DNA of 64,000 nucleotides from Clostridiales bacterium (GCA_022770525.1 JALEHN010000021.1:56259-120258); one strand, 5' to 3'. Shown: positions 8,149-17,681, counted from the stretch's first letter. Notes: generated by a model from the sequence alone, not told the origin. Translations and numbers: made by a program.

Positions 8149-9108
8149 TTATCCGAAATAAACAAGCTCTTCTTCAGGTTTTTGCGCACTGACCGCCCGT
8201 TTTAAATAAAGCACCGGTCCTTTGCCATGGTATGACGGAAAGTATTCATACTTCACCATTGCCGTGATCTGAAGCCACATATTGGTTTTAAACTTATCAA
8301 TATATTTTGTTTTGCAGGCAAAACCGATAAACTGGATATCATCGGCACAGCATGTCATCGCATGGCGGCCCGGTACAAAATAACCTTCCGGGAACTCCTT
8401 ACTTAAATAGGCTTTGCCTTTAAAAGATACCATCTTATCCACATATTTTTCCGGCTCATCAAGAATATCCACATAAAAAACGCCAAAATCCTCATCGGCA
8501 ATCTCGATCACATCGGCATTGATATCATATGGCAGCTCCTCCTTGCCGATATCGATAGGATTGCCTTCCATATCCTCGAATCCGATCTGAACACGGCGGT
8601 TGACCGCGCGGATACTTCGCCTGTACATCGCAAGCTGCATATCCGGTGTACATCGATTGAAGAAGATCATCTCCGAAACAGCAAATATATCAAATAATAA
8701 CGGCTTCATATTGGCAAGATAGCTCTCAAAAGTCGTACCGTCGACCATGGTTACAATCTGATTGAGCATCCAGCCTTCCGGCATATCCATATCCAGGATA
8801 TCGTCCATTTTCCACATGCCGTTATATTCTATAAATACATATTTCGGACGGTAATAGCCCTTACAGTTATTTAAAAATTCCGATGTAAACTCTTCTTTGG
8901 AATCGACGGTCACCAGATCAACATTAACCCCGGCAAGCTCTTTTTCATCGAACTCCTCTTCGCCTTCCTCAGTAAGAATCAGCAGTGTTTTCTCGCCTTC
9001 CGTAAATTCCTGACCGATTAAAAGATCTCTGATAAATGTCGATTTCCCCGAATCCAGAAATCCGGTAATCAAAAACACAAGTGTACTTGGCTTTTCCACA
9101 ATGCTCAC
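8149..9108 (-). CDS. Degenerate G3E/CobW-like P-loop domain fused to a DUF1980 (TIGR03943)-like C-terminal CC-motif domain
   Basis: N-terminal LITGFLDSGKSTFI Walker A, then IEYNGM, VTMVDG and FFNRC in the positions of G3E motifs, but no CxCC. The C-terminal GRHAMTCCADDIQFIGF resembles the conserved CCxxD motif of DUF1980 C-domains. Track start is GTG; an alternative GTG at 9099 has a better SD (GAGGTG). Confidence 0.6.
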   Translation of the reverse strand: MSIVEKPSTLVFLITGFLDSGKSTFIRDLLIGQEFTEGEKTLLILTEEGEEEFDEKELAGVNVDLVTVDSKEEFTSEFLNNCKGYYRPKYVFIEYNGMWKMDDILDMDMPEGWMLNQIVTMVDGTTFESYLANMKPLLFDIFAVSEMIFFNRCTPDMQLAMYRRSIRAVNRRVQIGFEDMEGNPIDIGKEELPYDINADVIEIADEDFGVFYVDILDEPEKYVDKMVSFKGKAYLSKEFPEGYFVPGRHAMTCCADDIQFIGFACKTKYIDKFKTNMWLQITAMVKYEYFPSYHGKGPVLYLKRAVSAQKPEEELVYFG

Positions 9109-9112
9109 CTCT

Positions 9113-10309
9113 TTAAATATGGAACAGCTCTTTTAAAGCATCTTCTTTCAAATCTGTACCGATGACACATATTCTTCCGGTATACTCCGGTGCGCCAGCA
9201 CGCATTTCATATTCTTCCGGCACAAGGTCAAAGTAGATCCACTGGCCGTCCGCGCCTGCGACCATACCTTTTGCACGAAGTACATGTCCGTATTCTGCTG
9301 TTTCTGACAATGCTTTAAGAGCAATGTCCATTTCTTCTTTTGTAAATTTGTGCGGTGTTTCGACACCCCAGCTTGTAAACACATCATCTGCATGATGATG
9401 TCCGTGATCATGATGATGGTGATGATCATGATGTCCGCAGCATTCATCGTCGTGATGATGGTCGTGATCATGGTGTCCGCAGCATTCATCGTCATGATGG
9501 TGGTCGTGATCATGGTGATCATGGTCATGATGCTCGTGGTCGTCGTGGTCATGATCGTCATGGTCATGATGGTGTTCATGGTCATGATGGTCATGATGGT
9601 CATGGTCATGGTCGTGATGGTGTTCATGATCATGGCATTCCTCGCCTTCTTCATGGTGATGGCCGCAGCACGGACAGATTTCTTCTTCTTCGAAAATCTG
9701 ATCGGCAAGGGAGATTTTCTGCTCCATAACGTTCAGAATTTTAGCACCGTTCAGTTCCTCCCAAGGTGTTGTAATGATTGCCGCATCCTCATTGTGCTCA
9801 CGGAGCAGCTTCACCGCTGCTTCCAGTTTTTCTTCCGTCATATTCTGTGTACGGCTCAAAATAATCGTTTTGGCGTACTCGACCTGATTTGAGAAAAACT
9901 CCCCGAAGTTTTTCATAAATACTTTGCATTTTAAACCATTCACAATGGTCACAAGGCTGTTCAGCTCAACTTCACCTTCGACAGTAATTTTCTGCACCGC
10001 AGCCATAACATCAGACAACTTGCCTACGCCTGAAGGTTCAATTAAAATTCTATCCGGATGATACTCATCAATCACTTTTGTCAGTGCGCGTCCGAAATCA
10101 CCTACTAAAGAACAGCAGATACAGCCTGAGTTCATTTCTGTAATTTCAATACCGGCATCCTTCAAAAATCCGCCGTCGATACCAATCTCACCAAATTCAT
10201 TTTCAATCAGAACAACTTGTTCATCTTTAAAAGCTTCCTCGAGAAGCTTTTTGATCAGGGTCGTTTTTCCGGCACCTAAAAATCCTGAAAATATGTCAAT
10301 CTTTATCAT
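9113..10309 (-). CDS. COG0523 (CobW/ZigA-type G3E) metallochaperone GTPase with a ~97-aa His/Asp-rich insert
   Basis: FSGFLGAGKTTLI Walker A, GCICCS (CxCC metal motif), IEPSGVG. Residues ~211-307 (nt 9389-9679) are almost only H/D/E with CPCC and two ECCG motifs. CobW_C-like end. SD GGTGGA. Confidence 0.85.
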   Translation of the reverse strand: MIKIDIFSGFLGAGKTTLIKKLLEEAFKDEQVVLIENEFGEIGIDGGFLKDAGIEITEMNSGCICCSLVGDFGRALTKVIDEYHPDRILIEPSGVGKLSDVMAAVQKITVEGEVELNSLVTIVNGLKCKVFMKNFGEFFSNQVEYAKTIILSRTQNMTEEKLEAAVKLLREHNEDAAIITTPWEELNGAKILNVMEQKISLADQIFEEEEICPCCGHHHEEGEECHDHEHHHDHDHDHHDHHDHEHHHDHDDHDHDDHEHHDHDHHDHDHHHDDECCGHHDHDHHHDDECCGHHDHHHHHDHGHHHADDVFTSWGVETPHKFTKEEMDIALKALSETAEYGHVLRAKGMVAGADGQWIYFDLVPEEYEMRAGAPEYTGRICVIGTDLKEDALKELFHI

Positions 10310-11087
10310 ATCTTTCCACCCTTTCCTTCATATAATCCTGCAGAATCTGCCGGATTTTGTTCATTTTATATTTTGTATCAGCATTGGTATACTCAATCCT
10401 GTCCACAATCTTATCAATCCATTCATGATCAAGAATAATCTTTAATGTACAGTCAAAATAAATATCAAAAGTCACCGCAATATAGGACAGCCACATATCC
10501 GCCGGTGTTTTACGCTCCGAAGATAATACAGACTTTCTGTTTTCTGCCATTTCATAAACAATGTCTGTCAGCGGCGCCGCGCCGACTTCATCTGCCGTAA
10601 CATCAAGCATTGTCTCAACCTTATCTTCAAGCTTTACACGGTAATTATCCAGTTTGTCCGCATCCCGTATAATCTTTGCATGCAAAAGCTCCCGCTCGCT
10701 TAAGCCATCCCTTATGGCATAACAATTATGATTATCAATCGCTTCAAAAATGATTTTGTCATAAGTATCATCTTTAATAAACTGACGGATCAGCCCTTCC
10801 TCAAACAGCATTTGAACACCAAGCTTTGCATGGTCCACCGTTTCACTGTCCATAAATGAATGAAACTGACGCAGCTGTTCAAATCGTCCCACATCATGCA
10901 AAAGGCCGATCAAAATGGCAAGCTCCGTATCCTCTTTACCGAGTCTAAGCCCTGCCGCTATGTCAGCACATGATTTTTTTACCGCAAATGTATGGACGAC
11001 CTTAAGCCTGATTCTGTCATCGGAAATATCATAAGCTTTAATAAATTTCTGAAAAGCAGCTGTCGCTGCTGCCAGATCGATCGCCAT
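10296..11087 (-). CDS. HD-domain phosphohydrolase
   Basis: LLHDVGRFEQ ... DADKLDN HD-superfamily motifs. Start set to ATG 11087 (MAIDL...) behind SD AGGGAG, which overlaps the cbiC stop. The 3' end overlaps the COG0523 start by 14 nt. Confidence 0.75.
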   Translation of the reverse strand: MAIDLAAATAAFQKFIKAYDISDDRIRLKVVHTFAVKKSCADIAAGLRLGKEDTELAILIGLLHDVGRFEQLRQFHSFMDSETVDHAKLGVQMLFEEGLIRQFIKDDTYDKIIFEAIDNHNCYAIRDGLSERELLHAKIIRDADKLDNYRVKLEDKVETMLDVTADEVGAAPLTDIVYEMAENRKSVLSSERKTPADMWLSYIAVTFDIYFDCTLKIILDHEWIDKIVDRIEYTNADTKYKMNKIRQILQDYMKERVERYDKD

Positions 11088-11091
11088 TGTA

Positions 11092-11724
11092 TCACTCCCT
11101 GCATGCATACATCAGCGCATTGCAGATGGTTGCCGCAATATTGCTGCCGCCCTTGCGCCCGCGCGCAACAATGTAAGGTACGCCGGCTTTCATAATCAGT
11201 TCTTTAGATTCCACAACATTGACAAAGCCTACAGGAACACCGATGATCAGTGCCGGATCAACTGTTTTTTCCTGAATCATTTCATACAGGCGAATCAGCG
11301 CCGTCGGTGCATTACCGATTGCAAAAATGACCGGACCTTCGATTTTTGCGCCTCTTTCCATACAGATGGACGCTCTTGTCACACCGCGTTCCTTTGCCTC
11401 CAAAGCCACATCGTCATCACTCATAAAACAGCGCACGCTGCCGCCGAATTTTGCCAGCGTCTTTTTATTAATACCTGCTGCTGCCATCTGCGTATCCGTA
11501 ACAATCGTTGCGCCGCGTTTAATGGCCTCCATCGCAATCTTTGTACTGTTTTCTGAAAACACAAGATGATCCGCATAATCAAAGTCCGCAGATGTATGGA
11601 TACAGCGTTTAACAACTGAAAACTCCGGTTCCGGCCATGTACGCCCGCCAAGTTCTGACGTAATGATCTCCATACTGCGTTTTTCAATTTCTGTCGGTTT
11701 TACAATCTGTATATTATCAAGCAT
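11092..11724 (-). CDS. cbiC: Cobalt-precorrin-8 methylmutase
   Basis: PTEIEKRSMEIITSELG...CIHTSADFDYA...IGNAPTAL typical of CbiC. Start is 11724 (SD GGAG 8 nt upstream) or 11733. Confidence 0.9.
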   Translation of the reverse strand: MLDNIQIVKPTEIEKRSMEIITSELGGRTWPEPEFSVVKRCIHTSADFDYADHLVFSENSTKIAMEAIKRGATIVTDTQMAAAGINKKTLAKFGGSVRCFMSDDDVALEAKERGVTRASICMERGAKIEGPVIFAIGNAPTALIRLYEMIQEKTVDPALIIGVPVGFVNVVESKELIMKAGVPYIVARGRKGGSNIAATICNALMYACRE

Positions 11725-11754
11725 TTTTTCCATCTCCTATTCATGCATTCCGTA

Positions 11755-12285
11755 CTACTTCTCAATACCTACTCTCGCCGGAATACCCTGATCAAACGGA
11801 TGCTTTTCTTTCTGAATCAGTGAGATATAATCTGCTGCTTCCTGAAGCTTTTCGCTCGGATGGTATCCGTTCATGATAATTTCCAGCTTTTCCGGTTTAT
11901 TTTTCAAAAAGTCCAGAACAAGTTCCTCATCAAGCATATCTTTATTGATCACATGCAGACTCTCATCAAGAAACAAAACATCATAGTCCTCATCGACCGC
12001 CTTCCGGCATATTTCCTGAAACTTCTGAATATAATACTTTTTGTTTTCCGCCTTTTCTTCTTCTGTCATCTGAAAGGTGAACTTTGCATCTTCTTTGCCT
12101 TCCATCACAGTAATGCCCGGAACATTTCTCAAAATGTTCAGCTCACTGGAATGGCTGTTTTTAAGGAACTGATAAATCAGCACTTTTTTCCCCGCACCTG
12201 CCGCACGCACGCACAGCCCCATTCCGCACGTCGTTTTTCCTTTACCGTTACCGTGATAAATGTGAATTAAACCTCTTTCTGACAT
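11755..12285 (-). CDS. cobO: Cob(I)yrinic acid a,c-diamide adenosyltransferase (CobO/BtuR type)
   Basis: HGNGKGKTTCGMGLCVRAAGAGKKVLIYQFLK P-loop signature. Start at ATG 12285 behind GAGAGGAGAG; the track start 12330 would overlap cobQ. Confidence 0.9.
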   Translation of the reverse strand: MSERGLIHIYHGNGKGKTTCGMGLCVRAAGAGKKVLIYQFLKNSHSSELNILRNVPGITVMEGKEDAKFTFQMTEEEKAENKKYYIQKFQEICRKAVDEDYDVLFLDESLHVINKDMLDEELVLDFLKNKPEKLEIIMNGYHPSEKLQEAADYISLIQKEKHPFDQGIPARVGIEK

Positions 12286-12316
12286 AATCTCTCTCCTCTC
12301 AAAACCCTCAGATGAT

Positions 12317-13816
12317 TTATACACCCGCATTTAAAATTTCATATATTTTTTCCATATCCAGCGAATTTCTGACAAGATCCGCCAGCTTATCATACTGTTC
12401 TTCCTTGTACGCCGAAAGATCAAAATGATAATCTTCCATCGTTATGCCTTTTTTCTCAAACAGGCCGGATACAATGGCATAGACAACACCTTCACTGTCA
12501 AACAGACCATGAAGATATGAACCGAATACTGTACCTTCTTTATTCATCAGCGCATCGATTCGTCCATCCTCAAGACGGATACACGGAACACATCCGCCAA
12601 GATTTGTTGTAACGCCCATATGAATTTCATAACCGGTCACATCAAACCCTTTGAGGGTATCAAAAAATCCTCCGCCGCCAATGACCTGTCCGTGAATCTG
12701 TGTCCGTGTCTTTGAATCCACAAACACAGTCTCTGTATCAAGAAGCCCCATGCCGCGCATTTCACCGCCATGTTCAACACCGTCCGGATCCAGAAGGTTT
12801 TTTCCAAGTATCTGAAATCCGCCGCAAATGCCGATGACAGGAACACCTTCTTCCGATTTGCGGATAATCATCGTTTCCAGTCCGTTTTCCCTTAGCCACG
12901 ACATATCATCCATCGTATTTTTAGTACCCGGAATAATGATCAGATCCGGTGTCCCAAGCTGCTCCCCACGGCTGACATATCTCAGTGACACATGTTCCAT
13001 ACGCTCAAACGCCGAAAAATCGGTAAAATTTGAAATATGCGGTATCTTTATCACAGCGATATCAATGCCTTCACCGGCAGACGTCATATTCAAACGCTCA
13101 GACAAACTGTCCTCATCATCAATATCAATATGGGTCATCGGTATAACGCCCACAACAGGAATATCTGTACGCTCTTCAATCATCCGGAGCCCCGGTTCAA
13201 GAATCTTTACATCACCGCGGAATTTATTGATAATTGTTCCTTTGATCATTTTCTGCTCATCATCATCAAGCAGCTTGACTGTACCGTAAAGTGACGCAAA
13301 CACGCCGCCCCGGTCAATATCCCCGGCAAGCAGCACCGGTGCCTTTGCCATCTTTGCCATACCCATATTGACGATATCATTTTCATGGAGATTGATTTCC
13401 GCAGGACTTCCCGCGCCTTCAATAACAATAATATCATATTCATCCGCAAGCTTATTATATGCTTTCATGATTTCAGGAATAAGCTCCGTTTTCCTCTGAT
13501 AATAATCCATCGCATTCATATTCGCCCAGACTTCACCGTTAACAATGACCTGAGAACCTGTATGACTCGTCGGTTTAAGAAGAATCGGATTCATATCCAC
13601 TGTCGGATCAATGCCCGCCGCCTCAGCCTGCATCGCCTGTGCCCGCCCGATCTCCAGCTGATCTTTTGTAATATAAGAATTCAGCGCCATATTCTGAGAC
13701 TTAAACGGTGCCACCTTATAGCCATCCTGCTTAAATACACGGCAAAGCCCCGCTGTAATAAAGCTTTTTCCCGAATTCGACATCGTACCCTGAACCATAA
13801 TTGCCTTTGCTGCCAC
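12317..13816 (-). CDS. cobQ: Cobyric acid synthase
   Basis: [24 protein letters not shown]-terminus and a C-terminal glutamine amidotransferase region ([10 protein letters not shown]). GTG start with SD GAGGTG. Confidence 0.92.
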   Translation of the reverse strand: MAAKAIMVQGTMSNSGKSFITAGLCRVFKQDGYKVAPFKSQNMALNSYITKDQLEIGRAQAMQAEAAGIDPTVDMNPILLKPTSHTGSQVIVNGEVWANMNAMDYYQRKTELIPEIMKAYNKLADEYDIIVIEGAGSPAEINLHENDIVNMGMAKMAKAPVLLAGDIDRGGVFASLYGTVKLLDDDEQKMIKGTIINKFRGDVKILEPGLRMIEERTDIPVVGVIPMTHIDIDDEDSLSERLNMTSAGEGIDIAVIKIPHISNFTDFSAFERMEHVSLRYVSRGEQLGTPDLIIIPGTKNTMDDMSWLRENGLETMIIRKSEEGVPVIGICGGFQILGKNLLDPDGVEHGGEMRGMGLLDTETVFVDSKTRTQIHGQVIGGGGFFDTLKGFDVTGYEIHMGVTTNLGGCVPCIRLEDGRIDALMNKEGTVFGSYLHGLFDSEGVVYAIVSGLFEKKGITMEDYHFDLSAYKEEQYDKLADLVRNSLDMEKIYEILNAGV

Positions 13817-13843
13817 TTTACATCACCTCGTCTTAACTGTCAA

Positions 13844-14599
13844 TTACTCAAATATCCGAAGCATCACCGGACAATGATCGGAACCGTAAACATCACTTAA
13901 TATCTGTGCGTCATTTAAAAACGCCTTAAGGCACTCTGACACGATAAAATAGTCAATACGCCACCCCGCATTGTTTTTGCGGGCATTAAACCGGTAGGAC
14001 CACCACGAATAAGCACCTGTCTTATCCGGATAAAAATATCTGAACGTATCAATAAACCCGTCTGACAGAAGGGCTTTCATCTTTGAACGCTCCTGATCCG
14101 AAAATCCGGCATTGCCCCGGTTTGTTTTCGGATTTTTCAAATCAATTTCTTCATTGGCAACATTGAGATCACCGCACATAATGACCGGCTTTGTCTGTTC
14201 CAGATTTTTAAGATACGCCTTGAAATCATCTTCCCAGGTCATCCGGTAATCAATTCTTGCCAGACCGTCTTTTGAATTCGGTGTATAAACATTGACAAGA
14301 TAAAATCTGTCAAATTCCAGCGTAATCACACGGCCTTCCTGGTCATGTTCCTCAATACCGAGCCCGTATGTCACGGACAGCGGCTCTTCCTTTGTAAATA
14401 CAGCCGTTCCCGAATAACCTTTTTTCACCGCATAATTCCAGTACTGGTGATATCCGGGAAGATCAAGCTGTATCTGACCCTCCTGAAGTTTTGTTTCCTG
14501 AACACAGAAAATATCCGCATCTATTGAATTAAAAATGTCCGTAAAGCCTTTGCCGACAACGGCACGAAGCCCGTTGACATTCCATGATATCAGTTTCAT
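13844..14599 (-). CDS. xth: Exodeoxyribonuclease III (Xth/ExoA, AP endonuclease family)
   Basis: [32 protein letters not shown] and SDHCPV are canonical ExoIII motifs. Gaps of 18-27 nt to cobD and cobQ place it inside the cbi operon. Confidence 0.9.
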   Translation of the reverse strand: MKLISWNVNGLRAVVGKGFTDIFNSIDADIFCVQETKLQEGQIQLDLPGYHQYWNYAVKKGYSGTAVFTKEEPLSVTYGLGIEEHDQEGRVITLEFDRFYLVNVYTPNSKDGLARIDYRMTWEDDFKAYLKNLEQTKPVIMCGDLNVANEEIDLKNPKTNRGNAGFSDQERSKMKALLSDGFIDTFRYFYPDKTGAYSWWSYRFNARKNNAGWRIDYFIVSECLKAFLNDAQILSDVYGSDHCPVMLRIFE

Positions 14600-14617
14600 C
14601 TGCTGCCTCCAATCCGC

Positions 14618-15667
14618 CTAAACAAGCACTTTTTTCATTCTTTCGATCATGGCTTTATTTGATTCATGATCATTAATCGCAATTCTATAATAATCCGTAT
14701 CCAGATTTTTATAATTACCGCATGTACGAATCATTACTTTTTCTTTTAAAAGCCGCTCATACAGATCCGTCACCCCCGGACAATGTATGAGCATATAATT
14801 GGCATTGCCGTGTATATATTCAACACCGATTTTTTCAAGTTCTGTCTCAAGGAATTTTCTTTCCCTGTCCACATATGAAATAACCTTTGTACAATACTCG
14901 TCTTCATCTAACAATGCAATTCCTGCCGATTCCGCCAGTGTACTGACAGCCCAGGACTGCCCGGCTCTCCGCATTTTTTCAATAGCCTCAGGATTCGAAC
15001 AAAGGCCAAACCCGAGACGTATCCCCGGAATCGCATACATTTTTGTAAAGGATTTTAAAATCAACAGGCGGTCATTACCTTGAAGTTCATGAACCAGTGA
15101 CAGTTCATCTTCACGGCCTGTAAAATCAAGAAAACATTCATCAAGCACAAGCCACGCGCCGCACTGTGCTGTTTTTGCGGCGATCTCAAGAAGCAGTGAC
15201 TTTTTGGTCAGGACACCTGTCGGATTATTGGGATTGCAGATAAACACAGCATCAATGTCATTATTGATCAAATCCAGTATATCTTCTCTGATTTTAAAAT
15301 CTTTTCTGCAAAGATCATAACTGATAATTTCTGTTTCGATGCACCGCATCGCTTCTTCATATTCAACAAAAGTCGGATGGATCACAACTGCCTTTTTCGG
15401 TTTTAAACCGTATACAAAACGATAAACAATATCTGCCGCGCCGTTGCCGCAGATGACCCACAAAGGATCAATGTTCATCTTCATCCCGATGGCCTTTGAC
15501 AACCGCCCTGACACAGGGTCAGGATAATGAAGCGCATTGGCCATCTCATCTTCAATGGCCTGCTTTACACTGTCAGGCATACCAAGAGGACTGATGTTTG
15601 CCGAAAAATCCAAAAGCTCTTTTTTTATATCTTCTGTAAATCCATAAAAGTTTCCGCCATGTAACAT
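14618..15667 (-). CDS. cobD: L-threonine-O-3-phosphate decarboxylase (class I/II aminotransferase fold)
   Basis: MLHGGN N-terminus, PNNPTG and KSFTK (PLP lysine) motifs. ATG 15667 behind SD GGGAGA; the track start 15682 is TTG. Confidence 0.85.
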   Translation of the reverse strand: MLHGGNFYGFTEDIKKELLDFSANISPLGMPDSVKQAIEDEMANALHYPDPVSGRLSKAIGMKMNIDPLWVICGNGAADIVYRFVYGLKPKKAVVIHPTFVEYEEAMRCIETEIISYDLCRKDFKIREDILDLINNDIDAVFICNPNNPTGVLTKKSLLLEIAAKTAQCGAWLVLDECFLDFTGREDELSLVHELQGNDRLLILKSFTKMYAIPGIRLGFGLCSNPEAIEKMRRAGQSWAVSTLAESAGIALLDEDEYCTKVISYVDRERKFLETELEKIGVEYIHGNANYMLIHCPGVTDLYERLLKEKVMIRTCGNYKNLDTDYYRIAINDHESNKAMIERMKKVLV

Positions 15668-15742
15668 AAAAATATCTCCCAATCATTTCTAATTTCAGAA
15701 CTCTTTAAGAGTTTTCCAAAGGAGTCATCTCCATCGGATAGA

Positions 15743-16594
15743 TTAACTTACATGTCCATAGATGATACTTTTCAGTGCCTCAACATCTTTTGGGCACTCT
15801 GTACTTCTTCCCGTAATTCCCTTCGCTTTTAAAGCTTCATATATTTCATAGACAGCAGGTTTTTTAAGATTTGCCTGCTCAAGTAATTCCTCATTGCCAA
15901 ACACTTCCTCCGGCGTACCGACCGCGCACAACCGGCTTTTGGAAAATACCGCGATCCTGTCGGCCCATCGGTAGGCAAAATCAACATCATGGGTCGATAA
16001 TACCACTGTGCGGCCCTCATCACTGATTTTTTTAAGGATCATCTCAAGATTTTCGGCATTGACCGGATCAAGGGCAGCCGTCGGCTCATCAAAAATAATC
16101 AATTTCGGATCCATCACAAGAATATCCGCTATGCTGACCATTTTTTTCTGACCGCCGCTTAAATAATGGGGCGGCCTGTCTTTTAAATCAAGAATGTTCA
16201 TATATTCAAGGGCTTTCAATGTACGCTCACGTGCTTCTTCTTTGGAATATCCAAGATTCAGTGCGCCAAACGATACTTCTCCATAGACTGTGGAAGCAAA
16301 AATCTGATTGTCCGGATCCTGAAAGACAATACCGACATTTTTCCGCAGATGAATTAAGCCCTTTTTATCATAAGTTACCGGTTTTCCCTCAAGAAGAATA
16401 CGTCCCGATGTGGGACTGTGGATACCGTTCATATTTAAAAATAACGTCGATTTTCCGGCACCGTTGGCACCGAGGACCGCCAGTTTTTCTCCGCTGTAAA
16501 TATCAAGATCAATATGATCCAGCGCCCTGTATCCGTCGGGATATTCAAATGTCAGTCCTTCTATTTTCATCAGTTCATTCATCACTGCATCCAT
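15743..16594 (-). CDS. cbiO: Cobalt ECF transporter ATPase
   Basis: GANGAGKST Walker A, LSGGQKK signature, IIFDEPTAALD Walker B. Alternative start ATG 16582 forms a TGATG overlap with the cbiQ stop. Confidence 0.9.
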   Translation of the reverse strand: MDAVMNELMKIEGLTFEYPDGYRALDHIDLDIYSGEKLAVLGANGAGKSTLFLNMNGIHSPTSGRILLEGKPVTYDKKGLIHLRKNVGIVFQDPDNQIFASTVYGEVSFGALNLGYSKEEARERTLKALEYMNILDLKDRPPHYLSGGQKKMVSIADILVMDPKLIIFDEPTAALDPVNAENLEMILKKISDEGRTVVLSTHDVDFAYRWADRIAVFSKSRLCAVGTPEEVFGNEELLEQANLKKPAVYEIYEALKAKGITGRSTECPKDVEALKSIIYGHVS

Positions 16595-17367
16595 CCTTTA
16601 AGTCTGAAAATGATACCGACAGCCAGAATACATACGAAATATATCACTGTCAATACAATCTGCCGCTTTTTGACCGGTTTTTCTTCGTTTAAAAATTCAA
16701 TCGTTCCGTCATAGCACCGCGCTTCCATGGCATTGTACATACGCATGGACCGCTTAAACGACTTCAAAAACAAACTGCCGGCAATCATCCCTGTCGAATT
16801 CAGCCATGTCTTTTTCGTCATATACCCCAGCCTTGAATCCGCGGAAATGACCATCATATGGCTTGTATCCATCAGAAGGAAAATAAACCGGTAAATCAAC
16901 AGCATCAGCTCCGTAAATATTTTCGGACATCGCAGCTGATTAAACACCTGCGTGATTTCAAACATCGGTGTTGACAGTGAAAGGAAATACAGACAGGCCA
17001 CCGTCCCAAAGGCCTTAAATACGAGAACAATACCTGTAAAAAGCCCCTCACTGCTGATGGATACATATTTCGAAAATACAGGAATCGATACAAGATCGGC
17101 AGGCTGGGATGTGATATTAATAATAATCGTCAAAACACCGACCACAAGAAAAAACAGGGGTATACGCAGCAGTTTCACATAGTACTTCAAACTGATTTTC
17201 CCTCTGGCCACTGTCAGCCACGACATTGCCAGAAAGATAAGAACGGAAACAGCAATATGATCCATGCCAAGGCAGACAACCATTGATAAAACAGCAATCA
17301 CAAATTTAAGCATCGGATTCATCTTATTCAGTTTTGAAATATATGCATATTTATCAATCGATGTCAT
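16582..17367 (-). CDS. cbiQ: Cobalt ECF transporter T component
   Basis: Polytopic membrane protein positioned between cbiN and cbiO. C-terminal AMEARCY-type motif. Confidence 0.85.
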   Translation of the reverse strand: MTSIDKYAYISKLNKMNPMLKFVIAVLSMVVCLGMDHIAVSVLIFLAMSWLTVARGKISLKYYVKLLRIPLFFLVVGVLTIIINITSQPADLVSIPVFSKYVSISSEGLFTGIVLVFKAFGTVACLYFLSLSTPMFEITQVFNQLRCPKIFTELMLLIYRFIFLLMDTSHMMVISADSRLGYMTKKTWLNSTGMIAGSLFLKSFKRSMRMYNAMEARCYDGTIEFLNEEKPVKKRQIVLTVIYFVCILAVGIIFRLKGWMQ

Positions 17368-17372
17368 CAGCG

Positions 17373-17678
17373 CTATGCCTCTTTCTTATATTTTGACCGT
17401 GCGACCATATATCCGATCGCGAAACATACGATTCCGGAACCGATGGCTGCCTGAAGACAGAAAAACAGGCTTTCCAGTTCAGACGGAATGCCGTCCGGAA
17501 AAATTCTTTCCATTACCGGTGAAAACCACGGCTCGTAATCAGGGTCAGCTTCCATAATCAGTTCCTCTGCCTGACCGTCAGAACCGCTGAATTCTGCTTT
17601 GCCGCCAAGGACGATCATCGGTACGGCCACAAGTAAAATCAGCAGAATGATTAAAATAACAACTGTTCTTTTTTTCAT
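17373..17678 (-). CDS. cbiN: Cobalt transport protein CbiN
   Basis: 101-aa two-TM protein directly after cbiM. Conserved gene order cbiMNQO. Confidence 0.85.
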   Translation of the reverse strand: MKKRTVVILIILLILLVAVPMIVLGGKAEFSGSDGQAEELIMEADPDYEPWFSPVMERIFPDGIPSELESLFFCLQAAIGSGIVCFAIGYMVARSKYKKEA

Positions 17679-17681
17679 CTT

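Noticed and set aside
9148-9892. Track ORFs 9148..9708 (-) and 9350..9892 (+), with Met/Thr/Ile- or Met/Val-rich translations
   Set aside because: They are alternative-frame or antisense readings of the CAT/GAT codon repeats encoding the His/Asp tract of the COG0523 gene. They have no SD, non-protein-like composition, and lie fully inside a well-supported CDS.
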